Source of the DNA: Ginglymostoma cirratum
Lineage: Eukaryota
Length of the DNA stretch: 64,000 nt
Direction of reading: 5' to 3'
NCBI GenBank assembly: GCA_024137785.1
Contig: JAHRHZ010000283.1
Span: 45,572,680 to 45,636,679, forward strand
In this document: positions 63,919 through 64,000 of the stretch, piece by piece
Numbering within the stretch: the stretch's first letter is position 1
Layout: each line of letters opens with the position of its first letter
The notes under the pieces: model-generated
Told to the model about the DNA's origin: nothing
What the model saw: only the letters and a program-made list of their open reading frames with translations
The model's database searches: none
Program-made: the position numbers and the translations under genes

Positions 63919-64000
63919 GATCCCTAGACACACAGCATTATGGAGGGAGAAACGGGCAAGGTGAGACCTCACAGCTAGAGGACCAGCGTTAGACTCAAGA

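Overview
Eukaryotic, repeat-rich vertebrate DNA; the repeat spectrum (HE1-type and Deu-type SINEs, CR1 LINEs, Penelope-like elements) points to a cartilaginous fish, probably a shark. The only clear protein-coding gene is the 3' half of ASPG (asparaginase / 60-kDa lysophospholipase) on the minus strand. Seven phase-compatible GT-AG exons lie between 60937 and 45256 and encode the end of the asparaginase domain plus the ankyrin repeats; the earlier exons lie beyond the window end. About 47 kb downstream on the same strand is a decayed, collinear second ASPG copy: a clear 114-nt exon remnant at 13376-13489, a still-open 87-nt exon at 2686-2772, and fainter remnants between them. The rest is mostly retroelement debris: CR1, RTE, Gypsy, a Copia remnant, SINEs and several Penelope-like elements (PLEs). 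The most striking non-genic signal is a set of PLE-derived fold-back insertions (0.19-2.35 kb) carrying hammerhead-ribozyme cores (CTGANGA...GAAA). Three of the four have 11-16-bp target-site duplications, and in all four a ~30-37-nt tail sits only on the inverted 5' arm. Exon boundaries were counted by hand; transposon boundaries are approximate.
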